Positions 63,041-64,000 of a stretch of DNA of 64,000 nt are shown here, one piece after another. The notes below the pieces were generated by a model. That model did not search any database and was not told the DNA's origin. It saw nothing but the letters and a program-made list of their open reading frames with translations. The stretch is from Camelus dromedarius. Its lineage: Eukaryota. The translations under genes and the position numbers were made by a program. The stretch covers positions 100,876,001-100,940,000 of the forward strand of contig NC_087436.1 in the NCBI RefSeq assembly GCF_036321535.1, given 5' to 3'. Position 1 is the first letter of the stretch; the number at the start of each line of letters is the position of its first letter.

Positions 63041-64000
63041 GGGAGGGGAGTGGAGTTCATCTGGAAGCTTTTGAATGAGACAGAGTAAGTGATGTTTCCT
63101 ATCACATCAGCCGTGGTAGGATGGCTTTAATCAGGCTAGCTGTAAGAAACCCAAAACATCCAAGTAAAGCAGCAAAGGGGAATGACTAAATGCAGAAAAA
63201 AGACAAAGTTTTATTTTCCTTTCCTTCAAGGTGTAATATTTCAGAACACATGGAAGAAAATGCAAAACAAACATGCAGTTATGGCATCACTTCTTCTTTA
63301 CAATATTCTAAAATGTAAACTGATCGTTGAAACGTAACATGGACCAGAATTAAACCATGATGTGTTTTTTTAAAATTAAGGCAAAAATATTAAAACGGTA
63401 ATTGAAAAAGTCACTGCACAGATTAAATCAAATAGATTTGCCATCAAATGGGAACTTACCACTTTTCTATGTCTCTCAAGTTAGTTCTGAGTAGAGAAAT
63501 AAGTACTAGCCTCAAGAAAGAAAATGATCAAAATGAATGAAGTATATGTCAAGACATCTGACATATTTGCCTTTGCAATTTTGAGAGCCATTCAATTAAA
63601 TAAGACCTTTAGAACTTAAAAAGCATCATTGGTTTCAAAATGTAGATATGATGAACTCATAAAAGAAGCTCTGAAATCAAGCAGCCACCCAAACAATCAA
63701 TCAATTAACTGAGCAGTCTCTTTCTTCTGTTGTAGTTCTCTTCAATACAGATCAGTGCATTTTGAGGAGTGATTTTTGAGAAGGGAGAAATGACAATTGT
63801 TCGACTCCTATGGAGTAACAGTAATTAGATAATCAGGGAGAGGCAGAGACAGTGGCTCCCACTACAGTGAGCATTTGTCCAAAAGATGCAGCTGTACATG
63901 CCCCACGATTTGTAACCTCGTAATGAAGGAAAAAATGTAAATGATGACCAAGTTTGAGGGCACTGGTTTGCACGCTGATGCTTGTAAATTTGGAAATCAT

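Noticed and set aside
1..64000. Prokaryotic-type systems (CRISPR arrays, operons, defence islands, prophage)
   Set aside because: The DNA is mammalian. There are no long ORFs, no regularly spaced repeat-spacer array and no operon structure.

Overview
This is AT-rich, CpG-depleted eukaryotic (mammalian) genomic DNA, not prokaryotic. A tRNA-derived SINE resembling the camelid vic-1 family (47331-47490) and two young L1 3' ends point to Camelidae (camel/alpaca/llama). That taxon call rests on my recall of repeat families, not on a search. The window reads as a long intron or intergenic region. It holds many ancient eutherian repeats (MIR, L2, L1M, MaLR MLT1 LTRs, MER5-type hAT MITEs) and microsatellites. 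I cannot confidently identify any protein-coding gene, RNA gene or CRISPR array. Nearly all ORFs in the supplied track are chance ORFs or lie in repeats. I found no convincing novel biological system. The best leads, all hypotheses: (i) a ~0.9 kb protein-like but disrupted reading frame on the minus strand (21749-22640, possibly a dead exon); (ii) a canonically spaced CCAAT-ETS-TATA promoter cassette followed by a 57-codon ORF and a splice donor (11427-11759); (iii) three perfect CAG|GTRAGT sites on the plus strand (candidate non-coding exons, recursive splice sites or a microexon); (iv) four phase-compatible small minus-strand exon candidates in the first 7 kb; (v) a CpG-dense patch with nested palindromes near 3.5 kb. 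Boundaries of old repeats are approximate and subfamily names come from remembered consensus sequences.
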